From Aplysia californica (Eukaryota), in contig NW_004797719.1 of assembly GCF_000002075.1 (NCBI RefSeq), forward strand, positions 108,383-172,382: DNA of 64,000 bases, in the 5' to 3' direction. Under the pieces are notes generated by a model. It was not told the DNA's origin, did no database searches, and saw only the letters and a program-made list of their open reading frames with translations. The position numbers and the translations under genes were made by a program. Of this stretch, positions 36,401 to 47,890 are shown one piece after another; the first letter of the stretch is position 1, and each line of letters opens with the position of its first letter.

Positions 36401-37310
36401 TAAAAAATAGTAGGGATGATGTAGAAAATAGTGGGGATGATGTAAAAAATAGTGGGGATGATGTAATAAATAGTGGGGATGATGTAGATAATAGTGGGGA
36501 TGATGTAAAAAATAGTTCCGATGACATAAAAAATAGTAGGGAAGATGTAGAATATAGTAGGAAAGATGTAGAAAATAGTTGGGATTATGTAGAAAGTAGT
36601 TGACATGAGCTAAAATAATAGTTGGGGTGAGCTAGGAAATAGTGGAAATGTAGAAAATTGTCTGGATGATTGTAAAAAATAGTGTGAAAGATGTAAAAAA
36701 AAAGTATGGATGATGTAGAAAATATGGAATGATGTAGAAAAGAGTGGGGATGATGTAAGATGTAAAATATTGTGGGTATGATGAAGAAAATAGTGGCAGT
36801 GAAGTAGAAAGTAGTGTTTAAGATGTAGAAAATAGTGGGAAAGGTGTAAAAATTAGTTGAAATTATGTTTAAAAAATAGTGGGGAAGAGCTAAAAAATAG
36901 TTGGGGTTGGCTAGGAAATAGTGGGGATGAAGTAGAAAATTGTGGGGATGAAGTAGAAAATTGTGGGGATGAAGTAGAAAATTGTGGGGATGAAGTAGAA
37001 AATAGTGGGGATGAAGTAGAAAGTACTGGTGATGATGTAGAAAATAGTGGGGATGATGTAGAAAATAGTGGGGATGATGTAGAAAATAGTTGGGAACAGG
37101 TAAAAAAAAATAGTTTGGAAGAGCGTGGAAATAGTGGGGATGATGTAGAAAATAGTGGGGATGATGTAGAAAATAGTGGAGAGGGTGTAGAAAATAGTGG
37201 GGATGATTTAGAAAATAGTGGAGAGGGTGTAGAAAATAATTTAGACGATGTATAAAAAATAGTGTGGTTAAGCTAGAAAAAAGAGGGAGTGACGTAGAGC
37301 TAGAAAACAG
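33480..37310. repeat. 21-bp satellite (gatgatgtagaaaatagtggg)n, inverted orientation left of ~34266
   Basis: Period 21 read directly; N gap inside (34435-34953). Confidence 0.95.
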
Positions 37311-37959
37311 TCCCTTTCTGAATGCTTTCCTCAGTTCCGTGAGTTGCTTTCAAATCTTTCCTTACATTTTGTACAAGTCCTCCCACATAGAACTTAGTAT
37401 TTCAGAGGGAGCGATATATTCACAACCCGTAAGGACTGAGTATACTTATATATGATATGAATTCTTTTCATCTCAGATGATAAATTTTTTGGAGCATGTT
37501 TCCTTTTCCGATAGAAAAATGGATCTCTTTCTCCTTTTTGAGTAAGAATTTGCGATTTTCCGTTGCGTTAAGTTGTATTTTTAAAATGTCACAACTCTGA
37601 CTGCCTCTCTCTGGTGTCAGTATTTGAACTTGAAGTGTGTGTGTTGCAGTACATGTATTTCTCTTGTGAATAGAGCGGTGTCCTCTTAAACCCAACATGG
37701 TGAATCTGAAAACAGCAGTAAACCGAAGGAAAATAAAATCCCCGATTTAAAAGAATTTTTGGGTTGTTTTTTTTAGGGGGGTGGGGGGGGGGGTGGTTCT
37801 ATCTGAGCGACGTCTTTAAACTGAAAACAGGGCTCGACCAAAGAAACCCCAGCAGGCCCACCGAATTCTGTAGGAGCAGACTCCACCGTAGTTTAGAATT
37901 CTATGAGGTCAGTATCTGCTCCCATCAGGAAGAGTAGTGTTGTGGAAGAGACTTTTGGG

Positions 37960-39215
37960 ATTCTAGTGTGTTCAACATTTTCCACAGATTATAATATTAT
38001 TGTGTTGAGCACATGGCCCTCTCAGTGACCCACAGATTATATATATATAGTGTGTTGAACATTTTCCACAGATTATATATATAATTCTAGTGTGTTGAAC
38101 ATGTTCCACAGATTATATATATAATTCTAGTGAGTTGAACATGTTCCACAGATTATATATATAATTCTAGTGTGTTGAACATGTTCCACAGATTATATAT
38201 ATAATTCTAGTGTGTTGAACATGTTCCACAGATTATAATACTATTGTGTTGAACACGTCTGGGTCTTACAGATTACATATTTGTGAGAAGTACACTATCA
38301 TTGGCAAACTCTTCAAATGTAAACTTAGCCCAGACAGCAAAATCTTTCAGGATAGGGAAACAAATTATTTCATTAAAAAAAATAATGTTAACCACAAGTA
38401 GATCTAACCACAAGTAGATCTAACCACAAGTAGATCTAACCACAAGTAGATCTAACCACAAGTAGATCTACTTCATGTGTTTTTCTTGCTTTTTTTCAAC
38501 ATTTAAATTTGAATTTCGAAAAAAATATTTCTTGAGCTCAAGTTACAGATACCTACAAATACATGTAGGCCTACCACAGAAACTGGAAAAAAACCCCAAA
38601 AAGTTTGGGCACACATCGTCATGTCGTAGTACTTTTAAACAGCTTGCAGACAAAGTGACTTTTACCAAAACTGAAAACCTGAGTTCTCTTACGTTTTTCA
38701 TTTTGTTATTTTGTGAAGTCAGATTTTGTTGACTACATCATGTACGTTGGCAGCCTAGTTTCTTTTCCCACAACTTCACTGGTAATGATTTATGGAGGAG
38801 AAATAATTGTCAGTGGAAAAACAAATTTTGTCACAACAGGTTTACACCCTGGCAAATTCAACAAATATATATAAAATATATTATATATTATATAGTACAG
38901 CACACACACATAGTGAAATGGGCAGGACTCTGAAATCTTTTTTATATGAACGTGACCATTTTCTACTTACCCAAGACTTTGAAATACCAGAACAAAACTT
39001 TGGGTAATTTGGTCTTGATCGGTATATAGTCCAAAACTTTGGGTAATTTGGTCTTGATCGGTATATAGTCCAAAACTTTGGGTAATTTGGTCTTGACCGG
39101 TATATAGTCCAAAACTTTGGGTAATTTGGTCTTGATCGGTATATAGTCCAAAACTTTGGGTAATTTGGTCTTGATCGGTATATAGTACAAAACTTTGGGT
39201 AATTTGGTCTTGGCC
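37960..39215. repeat. Minisatellite cluster: 40-bp (37960-38255), 16-bp (38388-38470), 39-bp (38993-39215)
   Basis: Direct tandem repeats. Confidence 0.88.
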
Positions 39216-42094
39216 GGTAACAACAGAATCGTACAATTAAGTATGCTAATTTCTCCTTTTTTTTAGGACATTCCTTCTGTCCTGAGAAAGTTCTGCCCAC
39301 AATATGAAAGATGTTGTTAGGAGCTATCAGTGATTTAAAAAAGTCTTAGTAAGAATTTTACAGCACTTACAAGACAAAAAGTCATATATAAGTTCCCAAG
39401 AATAGTGTTCTTACATAGAGTAATGAACACAAAAAAGAAGGAGGAAGAGAGAAAAGGACGATACATGTAGATGTTTCATAAAAAAGAAGGAGCAAACCAC
39501 ACCAGAGCACCCGCCAACCATCCACTATCAGTGCTCTTTGGCCATACTATATATATATACAGAAGCATGTCAGATAGTCTGAATGTGCCAGTGATGATAT
39601 ATATTCTACATGCAAATGAAAAAAATATATGAAAATGAATGGGAGAAAAGACTTTTAACGGAGACACTTTTTTTGTGCACAGTGCTAATAACCACATGAG
39701 GAAGGAAATGAAATATCAAACTCAAACACATGTGAGAAATACCATCAGACACAGCAGAATTTATTGCACACACTCGCAAGTCACTCACAACACTTGCTCA
39801 GCTCTCAGAATCAGATCAACCTCTGAAAAGCTATATATCTTTATTTTCCTACACATCAGGCATTGACATCAATCCTTTGTAAATGATAGTAAGTATTTTA
39901 CAATGAACATCCAAGGTAGCAAAAATTTTAATCACGAACATCCTCCATCATTTCTGAGACTTTCTGTCAGAAAACGATTTAGGGACACGTTGCAGGTAGC
40001 AGAAAGTCGAAGTGTGAGGATTTAACGCCCAAATGAACACTATTAGTATTAGGTTATTTAAGTTTAACTCTTTATCTCCGAGGGGGGGGGGGGTAAACCC
40101 ACTACGCCGGGGACCGGCTTGCCGGAGAGAAAGAGTTAAGAGGCAAGACCTCTGAATTTACCGTCTGTCTCTGATAGAAACAGGCTTAACAATAGGCGGA
40201 GAGTCTTGAAAACTCCACAAAAGGACCCAAGTTCAAGAACACCCAGCCTGGTATTTGAACCAGGGCCATCTGCTCCAGAGTACAGCATGAAACCGACTCA
40301 GCTGATAGAGCTCTCCAAACAGCCTACGTAGCCTCAAAATATTGGAAGAGTCGGGACCGAAACAGTTTTCACAGATACAAAATGCAAGACATAATTTTTT
40401 CATGAACACTGTAACTTATTGTCGCCAAAGAACTATTTTGTCCACGGTGTACTTAAATAAACAGTCACTTTGGACAAAATAGATCTGAGGTGACAATATC
40501 ATGAAGAGAGCAATGGGAGAAGTGCAGACAAAATGAGTCGTTTCTTCAAGGGTTTCAGCCCAAAGGAAATAGACGATATGTCAAATTTATACATTGAGTT
40601 TATGTACATTATTAGTATGAAGAAATAAAAGAAATGTAAAACTTGAAGATGGCATCACTTGAAAATCTACACAAATTTGACCCCTAGGTTGATTTTCAGC
40701 CCATACATTTCCATTAATTTATTGAGATAAGTAACTCGTTCTGTCATCGAGCTCACAAACAAACAGTTCAAGCACACAAATAGTCCAACATGGATGGAGC
40801 AATGAGCCACATGGATGGATCACCTGATTTCAACGGACAAGAAAAATGAGCACAAAACTCGAGCTTACTTCAATGGAATATCAAAAAATAGTCTCAGACT
40901 CAGAAAAAAACAACAACTGAACACATTAAACGATATTTTGATCTTCACACACAGTCACTTAGTCTAAGCTATAACAAAACAATCCGATCCGTGGAAACTC
41001 AGAGACTGCTGCCACATCATCATCTGTTCTTTCTCACATCGTGATCTAAAATGTGAGGCAGCACGGTGAGCTCAGGCGCTTGTCAAAATCATGAATTGAA
41101 GAAACTGGCATTTTTCTGCTGGTTTGGAAATGGTATCGAATTTTCGTCTTTCCGCTTAACACCTTTAATGTCTATTTAAAAACACATTTCAACGTGGATT
41201 TTACTGAAAACATTGATTAAAGGCACATAAAATGCAGATTTGCAGTTTTCAAAGACTCTCAAGCTTTGAAGTCACTTAACTTTGGCAGCCATTTTCTCGC
41301 TAGTTTGACCCCTGAAACCAGGTAACCCCCACCTCCTTCAATCCGTAATTGACTTCCTTTCAAGATAGATGGAAAATGCTTTTAGCGAAATCAAGATAAG
41401 TGAACAAGCTTTAGGATGATACCAATAACTCCATATATGCCCAAAAATTGAGGAGAATGGGGCGCATCAAATGGTCCTAGTCTCATTCTCTTCTTAAAAT
41501 AGCAAACGGGTTTAGATGAATTATATATTTGTGTGGAATCGCAGTGAAAAATCAGTCGCTTGTCAAAATAAGGAAATTTAAGAAACTGGCATTCTCTGCC
41601 CGTCAGGCAATTTTTATCTTATTTTTTGTGTGTTTATTTTGGCTCAACACCTTTTTAAAAACATATATCTGTCTCAATTTTACTCAAAAATATAGATCAA
41701 GGTCACAAAAAAATGTAAATTTGCAGTTTTCAAAAACAGTCAAACTTTGGAGTTGATCAAACTTAGTCATTTTCTCGCTAATTGTACCCCTGACACCAGG
41801 TGACCCCCACCTCTTTCAAGTGCAAATGTCTCGACTTCTACTCAAGATTGAAGAGTATTTTTTTTCCAAAAGCAAAATAACTGAATAAGCTTTATGATGA
41901 CACCATTGGCTCTATACGCCCAAAACTTGACACACGCCTGATTCTACCGCGTCGTGACACATTTTGTACGAACAATGTCCTGTCAGAAACAAAACAAGTT
42001 TCCGCATCTCGTGAAAACCTTGTATTTTCACATATATATATACAACAAGTACTGTTTTGCTAGAGTAGCGACGATATGTAATGTGCTCAGACTC

Positions 42095-42480
42095 ATCATT
42101 GCCTTTCTCACCCTGGATCAGGATATAGGCCACGGACAAACACTTTCTCACCCTGGATCAGGATATAGGCCACGGACAAACACTTTCTCACCCTGGATCA
42201 GGGTATAGGCCATGGTCAAACACTTTCTCACCCTGGATCAGGGTATAGGCCACGGACAAACACTTTCCACCTTTCTCTATCCTGGGCTAGCCTCTTGATG
42301 TTATTCCACGGCTTCCCACTTTTCTCTACATCAATTTCTGTGACTCTTCTCCAGGTTCCACGTGGTCTTCCGCTTGATCTTTTACCCTGCGGATTCCAAT
42401 CCAACACTTTCCTTGTTATGTAGCTTTCCGACTTCCTGAGAGTATCATGTCCATCCATCGCCAACGCCTTCTTCCTGACT
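42095..42480 (-). mobile_element. RTE-clade LINE 3' fragment with its 39-bp 3' end tandemly amplified ~4x
   Basis: LDWNPQGKRSSGRPRGTWRR...LAQDRERWK typical of RTE ORF C-terminus; repeats of ctttctcaccctggatcaggatataggccacggacaaaca. Confidence 0.8.
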
Positions 42481-42997
42481 CATAGAAGACCGCGACATAG
42501 CTCAGATTGCTGTGACAAGTACACAGCTGTCACAGAGACAAGTACACAGCTGTCACAGTACACAACTGTCACAGTACACAGCTGTCACAGAGACAAGTAC
42601 ACAGCTGTCACAGAGACAAGTACACAACTGTCACAGTACACAACTGTCACAGTACACAGCTGTCACAGAGACAAGTACACAGCTGTCACAGAGACAAGTA
42701 CACAGCTGTCACAGCTTTGGTTCTCTCGGCATGCTGTGTCTGGTTCTGACCGGTACGGCCTCACCCCCGACTGTCTCAAGAAACGACATCTAAAGCAATC
42801 TTTCTGGCACAGAAACCCACACAGAGTTTGGTACAAAACAACGCTACTGCACACAAAGACAACCTCCAGTCCTTCGACACTCATGGTATATGGGTAGAGA
42901 ACCCTTTTGCTTTAGTAGGAGTTTTACGGCATTTGCAACACTATAAGGTCGTATAAGCGCCGAAGATTAGAGGTGTTACCAGGGAGTAGCAAACATA

Positions 42998-43673
42998 CTT
43001 TACTTTACTTTTCCGATCCAGCGGCCATTTGGGTTCTAGCCCTTCGGTCTGTCGATATGGCAAAGAATTGACAGGTTTTAATCAGCTGTGCTTTGTCGCT
43101 GTATAGAGTGTTTCCGATGTCTGGGGAGGCAGGTAGGTAGGTGCTACGCAGGTCACAAAGTGCAGGGCAGTTAAAGAGGTGGTGGGGTACTGTTTCATCC
43201 TGGCAGTCGCACAACGGGCAGTCGGGTGGGGTATCCTTGCGGATCCTATTAAGGTAGGAGTTTAGTGGTATGTGTTGTGTTCGCAGGCGAAATATTGTGA
43301 CTTGTTCTCTTCTACTCAGGGAATTTATTGCATCTTTAGAGTTGGGGGCTGTCATGTGTGCAAATACAGTTCTTCCAGTTTTGCCCATTGCCCATCCACT
43401 CAGCCACTGTTCCCTGGTGTTGCATTTGATGATGTTCTTGGCTGTCTGTTGTGATACTGGGTTGTGTGGTTGTGTTTGTGATGCTCCCTTCTTGGCAAGG
43501 GTGTCTGCTCTGTCGTTTCCTGGGATGTTGCTGTGGCCAGGTATCCACTGTAGTGTCAGGTCGACGGCACAGGTCTGTAGGAAGGTGTTGATTGTTTGAG
43601 CCACAGATAGGCAGGCTGGGCTTTCGAGATTCATGTTTTTCCCAGAGCTTGGAGTACTGACTTTCCAGAGCTT
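42998..43673 (-). mobile_element. 5'-truncated non-LTR retrotransposon (RNase H-bearing, I-group-like); ORF2 C-terminus
   Basis: LQWIPGHSNIPGNDRADTLAKKGA (RNase H), RLRTQH...CPLC...ETVPHHLFNC (C-terminal zinc knuckle); (AAGTA)n tail overlapping the stop; 15-bp TSD ggagtagcaaacata at 42983-42997 and 43674-43688. Confidence 0.92.
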
Positions 43674-43814
43674 GGAGTAGCAAACATAAAAAGAAGGAGG
43701 AGAGATCAGGACGATAGATGTTTGATAGGAAATAAGGAGCAAACCACACCAGAGCACCCGTCAACCACCCACACACGGAGTTCAGTACAAAACAACGCTA
43801 CTGCTCACAGAGCC

Positions 43815-44445
43815 AACCTCCAGTCCTTTGACACTCACTCATAGTACAAGGGTAGACAACCTCCAGTCCTTTGACACTCACTCACAGTACAAGGGTAGAC
43901 AACCTCCAGTCCTTTGACACTCACTCACAGTACAAGGGTAGACAACCTCCAGTCCTTTGACACTCACTCATAGTACAAGGGTAGACAACCTCCAGTCCTT
44001 TGACACTCACTCATAGTACAAGGGTAGACAACCTCCAGTCCTTTGACACTCACTCATAGTACAAGGGTAGACAACCTCCAGTCCTTTGACACTCACTCAT
44101 AGTACAAGGGTAGACAACCTCCAGTCCTTTGACACTCACTCACAGTACAAGGGTAGACAACCTCCAGTCCTTTGACACTCACTCACAGTACAAGGGTAGA
44201 CAACCTCCAGTCCTTTGACACTCACTCACAGTACAAGGGTAGACAACCTCCAGTCCTTTGACACTCACTCATAGTACAAGGGTAGACAACCTCCAGTCCT
44301 TTGACACTCACTCACAGTACAAGGGTAGACAACCTCCATTTCTTCAACACTCACAGTACAAGGGTAGACAACCTCCATTTCTTCAACACTCATAGTACAA
44401 GGGTAGACAACCTCCATTTCTTCAACACTCATAGTACATGGGTAC
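43815..44445. repeat. 43-bp minisatellite, ~14 copies (last units 39 bp)
   Basis: cactcactcatagtacaagggtagacaacctccagtcctttga. Confidence 0.93.
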
Positions 44446-45178
44446 CCAGTATGTTCTAGCTCTGCCACAAATCATTCACAGTTTCTGTAGCTCGCTGCTG
44501 TTGGAGCAAAAGGAGGTTATTTTTTTGCTGACCAAATAAAGAGAATGAGAAAGAAAATTTGTCAACAGTAGCATTAGATAATTAAGTAGGAACCGTTTTA
44601 CACTTTCAAAAAAAGCATTTGTTCCAAGCGGCGGTGAAGTTCGGAGGTTTGAGGTGTCTGGGTTTGAACAGCCCGACACTATGACTGGGTCTACCAACAG
44701 GAGCTCAGGCCAGCTGTGCCACAGATCTGACGCTTAGACTTGCGCAGGTTGTGCTTGGGTAGATTGACCTCATCGTAAGTTTAGTTTTAATAAGAGTTCT
44801 TGTTGTTTTAGTAAGTGTTTAAAGGCACTTGCAACACAAAAAGGTCATATAAGTGCCGAAGATTAGAGGTGTTACAAGAGAGTAACAAACACAAAAAAGA
44901 AGGAGAGATAAGGACGATAGATGTTTGACAGGAAAGAAGAAGTAAACCACACCAGAGCACCTGTCAACCACTCATGTAAGAGTTCTACAAAACTTGAAAC
45001 ACAATTAGGTCATTTAAGTGCAGAAGATTAGAGGAGCGACTAGAAAGTAATATACAACAAGAAAAGAAGGAGAAGAGATAAAGACGATAGAAGTTTGATC
45101 GGAAAGAAGGAGCAAACCACACCAGAGCACTCGCCAACCACCCACATTTTAAGTTTCAGAATAGAAGAAATAATGTCA

Positions 45179-45796
45179 TCACACTTTCACAAATTCACTA
45201 ACAACGTCAGAAAACTTGAGGTATCGCTTCACCTGCGACGGCAGAGGTAATGCGTCCAATTTGTCGTCAACGTTCGGGCAGATGGTGTCTCGGATCCGCA
45301 CCCGACACAAATCCTGCAGCGTTCTGGGATTGGAGGCGTGCACGTACAGGTCTTGGAGAAGCTCCTGGCATCTCTCCCCGATCCCCTCCAGGTGGACCAC
45401 GAAAGACCGGAGCCTGTCCAGCCGACAAACGGTCACTACGGTCCCCGCGGCGACCAGAAGATCAACGACGACTCGGATCGTCTCGGGCCATGCCGTCGAG
45501 TTCATGAACGCTGGGTTTTTGATGGCTGTCATGAGGGGGGACAACTGGTGGAAGTCGTCCGCGTTCACGTTGGCTTTGTAGGCCAGGAGGAGGTGGATCT
45601 TCCTGAGGTCCTGGGCGATGCAGGCGTAGTGTAGTGCCGTCTTCCACGACTTTGAGCAAGCGTTTACGTCGGCTCCCCACCGCAGCAGCAGTCTCAAGGT
45701 CGTCAGACTAGCCTGCTGGTGGAAGCACGCGGTTTGCAGCGGGGTCATGCCCAGTATGTTCGGTTTGTTCACGTCGGCGCCGTAGTGGTGCAAAAC
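45179..45796 (-). CDS. ASB-type gene coding exon 3 (VLHHYGADVNK...SOCS box...EFVKV*)
   Basis: cttcag|GTT; ankyrin repeats plus SOCS box, TGA. Confidence 0.93.
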   Translation of the reverse strand, partial: VLHHYGADVNKPNILGMTPLQTACFHQQASLTTLRLLLRWGADVNACSKSWKTALHYACIAQDLRKIHLLLAYKANVNADDFHQLSPLMTAIKNPAFMNSTAWPETIRVVVDLLVAAGTVVTVCRLDRLRSFVVHLEGIGERCQELLQDLYVHASNPRTLQDLCRVRIRDTICPNVDDKLDALPLPSQVKRYLKFSDVVSEFVKV

Positions 45797-47890
45797 CTGA
45801 AGATATGAAACAAAAAAACAGGCGATATATATAATAAGTGTGTATGTCTTAGACAGAGAAATGAGCTTCAAAATTAATAAGAAAGCTTTAAGGGCAGTTG
45901 TATAAATCGTGTTGGAGAACTCAAGCAATATCTCTCTCTGTCTCTTTCTCCCTCTATCCATCTCTCCTCCATCTCTCTCTCTCTCCACTCTCCCATTTCT
46001 CTTCTACCTCCCTCCCCCTCTCTCCTCCATCTCTCTCTCTCTCCACTCTACCATTTCTCTTCTACCTCCCCCCCCTCTCTCCTCCATCTCTCTCTCTCTC
46101 CACTCTACCATTTCTCTTCTACCTCCCCCCCTCTCTCCTCCAATCTCTCTCTCTAAATTTCTCTCTCTGTCTGTCTGTCTATCTATCTATCTGTCTGTCC
46201 GTCCGTCTGTCTGTCTGTCTGTCTTTCTGTCTCTCTCTCTCTGAGTCCATCTCTCTCCTCCCTTCCTCTCTCTCCAACCATACCTTCATCATCTCTATAT
46301 TGTCGTGCTCACAAGCGTGACTCAAGAAGGCTCCCTGCCCAATGTTTGCCCCAGCCTCAATCAGGAGCTTCAGAGCTTCAACGAGCGGGGCTCGAACCAG
46401 GAGCTCCACGGGCTGCCCCTCTGGCACATTCGGGTCGCAGCCGGCCTTCAGCAGGAGGTCAATGAGTTCCACGTTCCTGGCCAGACACACACGCACCAAG
46501 GGCGTCTCGCCGTCAACATCTCTTGCGTTAACGTCCGCCCCTCTCTCGATGAGCAGCCTCACAACGGGGATGTTGCTTTCTGAACAGGCCAGGTGTAGAC
46601 CTGTGTTGCCATCCTCATCCTTGCAGGAAAAAAAAATATACATTACAGTCTAGAATGTGTATATAGCGAAACACATACATGCTGAAACACACATCACACA
46701 CATACATGCTGAAACACACATCACACACATACATGCTGAAACACACATCACACACATACATGCTGAAACACACATCACACACATACATGCTGAAACACAC
46801 ATCACACACATACATGCTGAAACACACATCACACACATAATGAAAAACACACATAGCGAGCAGTTTTCAGGTCCAAAATTTTTCTAAAACGTGTATTCTT
46901 TGTATTTAAAACATATTATATATATAGTGAAATTAGAATGCAATAAAAATATATTCACATCTAATTGATTTCACTACGTACAAGAACGACTAACTAGTAG
47001 CTTTTGTAACTTCCATCAATTCTTATTCCACTCAGAAGGTTAAAAACTTTTTAGCTAACAAAGAGAGAGAAATAAAAAGGTAACAGTAGAGGAAAATGCT
47101 TGTCAAGTGCTAGTACTCGATTGCTTCAGGCGTCTGTTCCTCTCACATGGTTAAAACACCCCCCTCCCCCCAAAAAAACAACAAATCAGGATCACAGGAT
47201 CACCGACAGGCCAGTTAAGAATAAACAAGGAAGCTAAACAGCTGGTGTGGAGTCCTTCCACCTGTGTTTTTTTAACATTATAACACTGTCCCCGTCGTTT
47301 TATGCAAGAAAAATTATGAAATTATGCAAACTGAGCCCCAAAAATGTGAAATTATGCGATTCTGGTAATTTTAACCAAAAATGATAAAGGAAAATAATCA
47401 GAAATTATACAAAAAATGATTAAATTCAGCTAAATTATGCGGAATGCATAAAACCACGGGGAAGGACAATATAATGACACTGAATTTAATAAGACAGTCA
47501 TGTGTCTAAAACAACCACTTTTCTTCTTGATAATGGGAGGCCATTTTTCAAAATTTTGACTATACTTAAAAAACTCACAACAGCATTGATGTCGGCATTC
47601 GCTTGTAACAGTTTCCGCACCACACCCGTGTTTCCACCACTATGATCACAGGCAAAGTGCAGCGGTCTTTTGCTGAGGAAGTCGGAGCACTTGTTGGGAT
47701 CGGCGCCATGGAAGAGGAGAACGGTGACAAGATCCTCTCGGTTGTGCTTGCAGGCCAGACACAGCGGGGTCAGCCGATTCCTCAGCACAGTGTTGACCAG
47801 ATCCTCGTCCAGGTGACAGCCCACACGCAGAAAAGTCTCGAGTTCGCTGTACGAGATGAAATCCCAGTTGGTCAGCTCCAGTACGTTCAT
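45179..47890 (-). CDS. Ankyrin repeat and SOCS box protein (ASB-type Elongin BC/Cullin5 E3 substrate adaptor), 3 coding exons, 421 aa
   Basis: Exons 47890-47579, 46619-46284, 45796-45179, all phase 0. Ankyrin motifs TPLCLAC, RPLHFAC, GNTGLHLAC, GETPLVRVC, GMTPLQTAC, KTALHYAC; C-terminal SOCS box PRTLQDLCRVRIR...LDALPLPSQVKRYL. Confidence 0.93.
46284..46619 (-). CDS. ASB-type gene coding exon 2 (DEDGNTGLHLAC...NIEMMK)
   Basis: tttcctgcaag|GAT ... AAG|gtatgg; ankyrin repeats. Confidence 0.92.
46670..46836. repeat. 27-bp minisatellite in ASB intron
   Basis: acacatacatgctgaaacacacatcac x6. Confidence 0.9.
47579..47890 (-). CDS. ASB-type gene coding exon 1 (MNVLELTNWD...NADINAV)
   Basis: In-frame stop upstream of the ATG; donor GTT|gtgagt; upstream acceptor ttctgtttcccgaaag with exon starting at 47944. 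Confidence 0.9.

Noticed and set aside
34428-37255. Long acidic repeat ORFs (SGDDVEN)n and antisense (IIPTIFY)n
   Set aside because: Translation of a 21-bp satellite that lacks stops in one frame; no splice signals, stops and frameshifts in degenerate parts.
43005-43757. 250-aa ORF as a host RNase H gene or domesticated fusion
   Set aside because: N-terminus is chance read-through from the flanking family A repeat; the TSD and tail show a truncated LINE insertion.
43815-44445. CRISPR-like regular repeats (also 9880-10190, 38993-39215)
   Set aside because: Head-to-tail units with no unique spacers, no cas genes, eukaryotic context.
45216-46653. + strand ORFs overlapping the ASB exons
   Set aside because: Antisense shadows of GC-rich coding exons.
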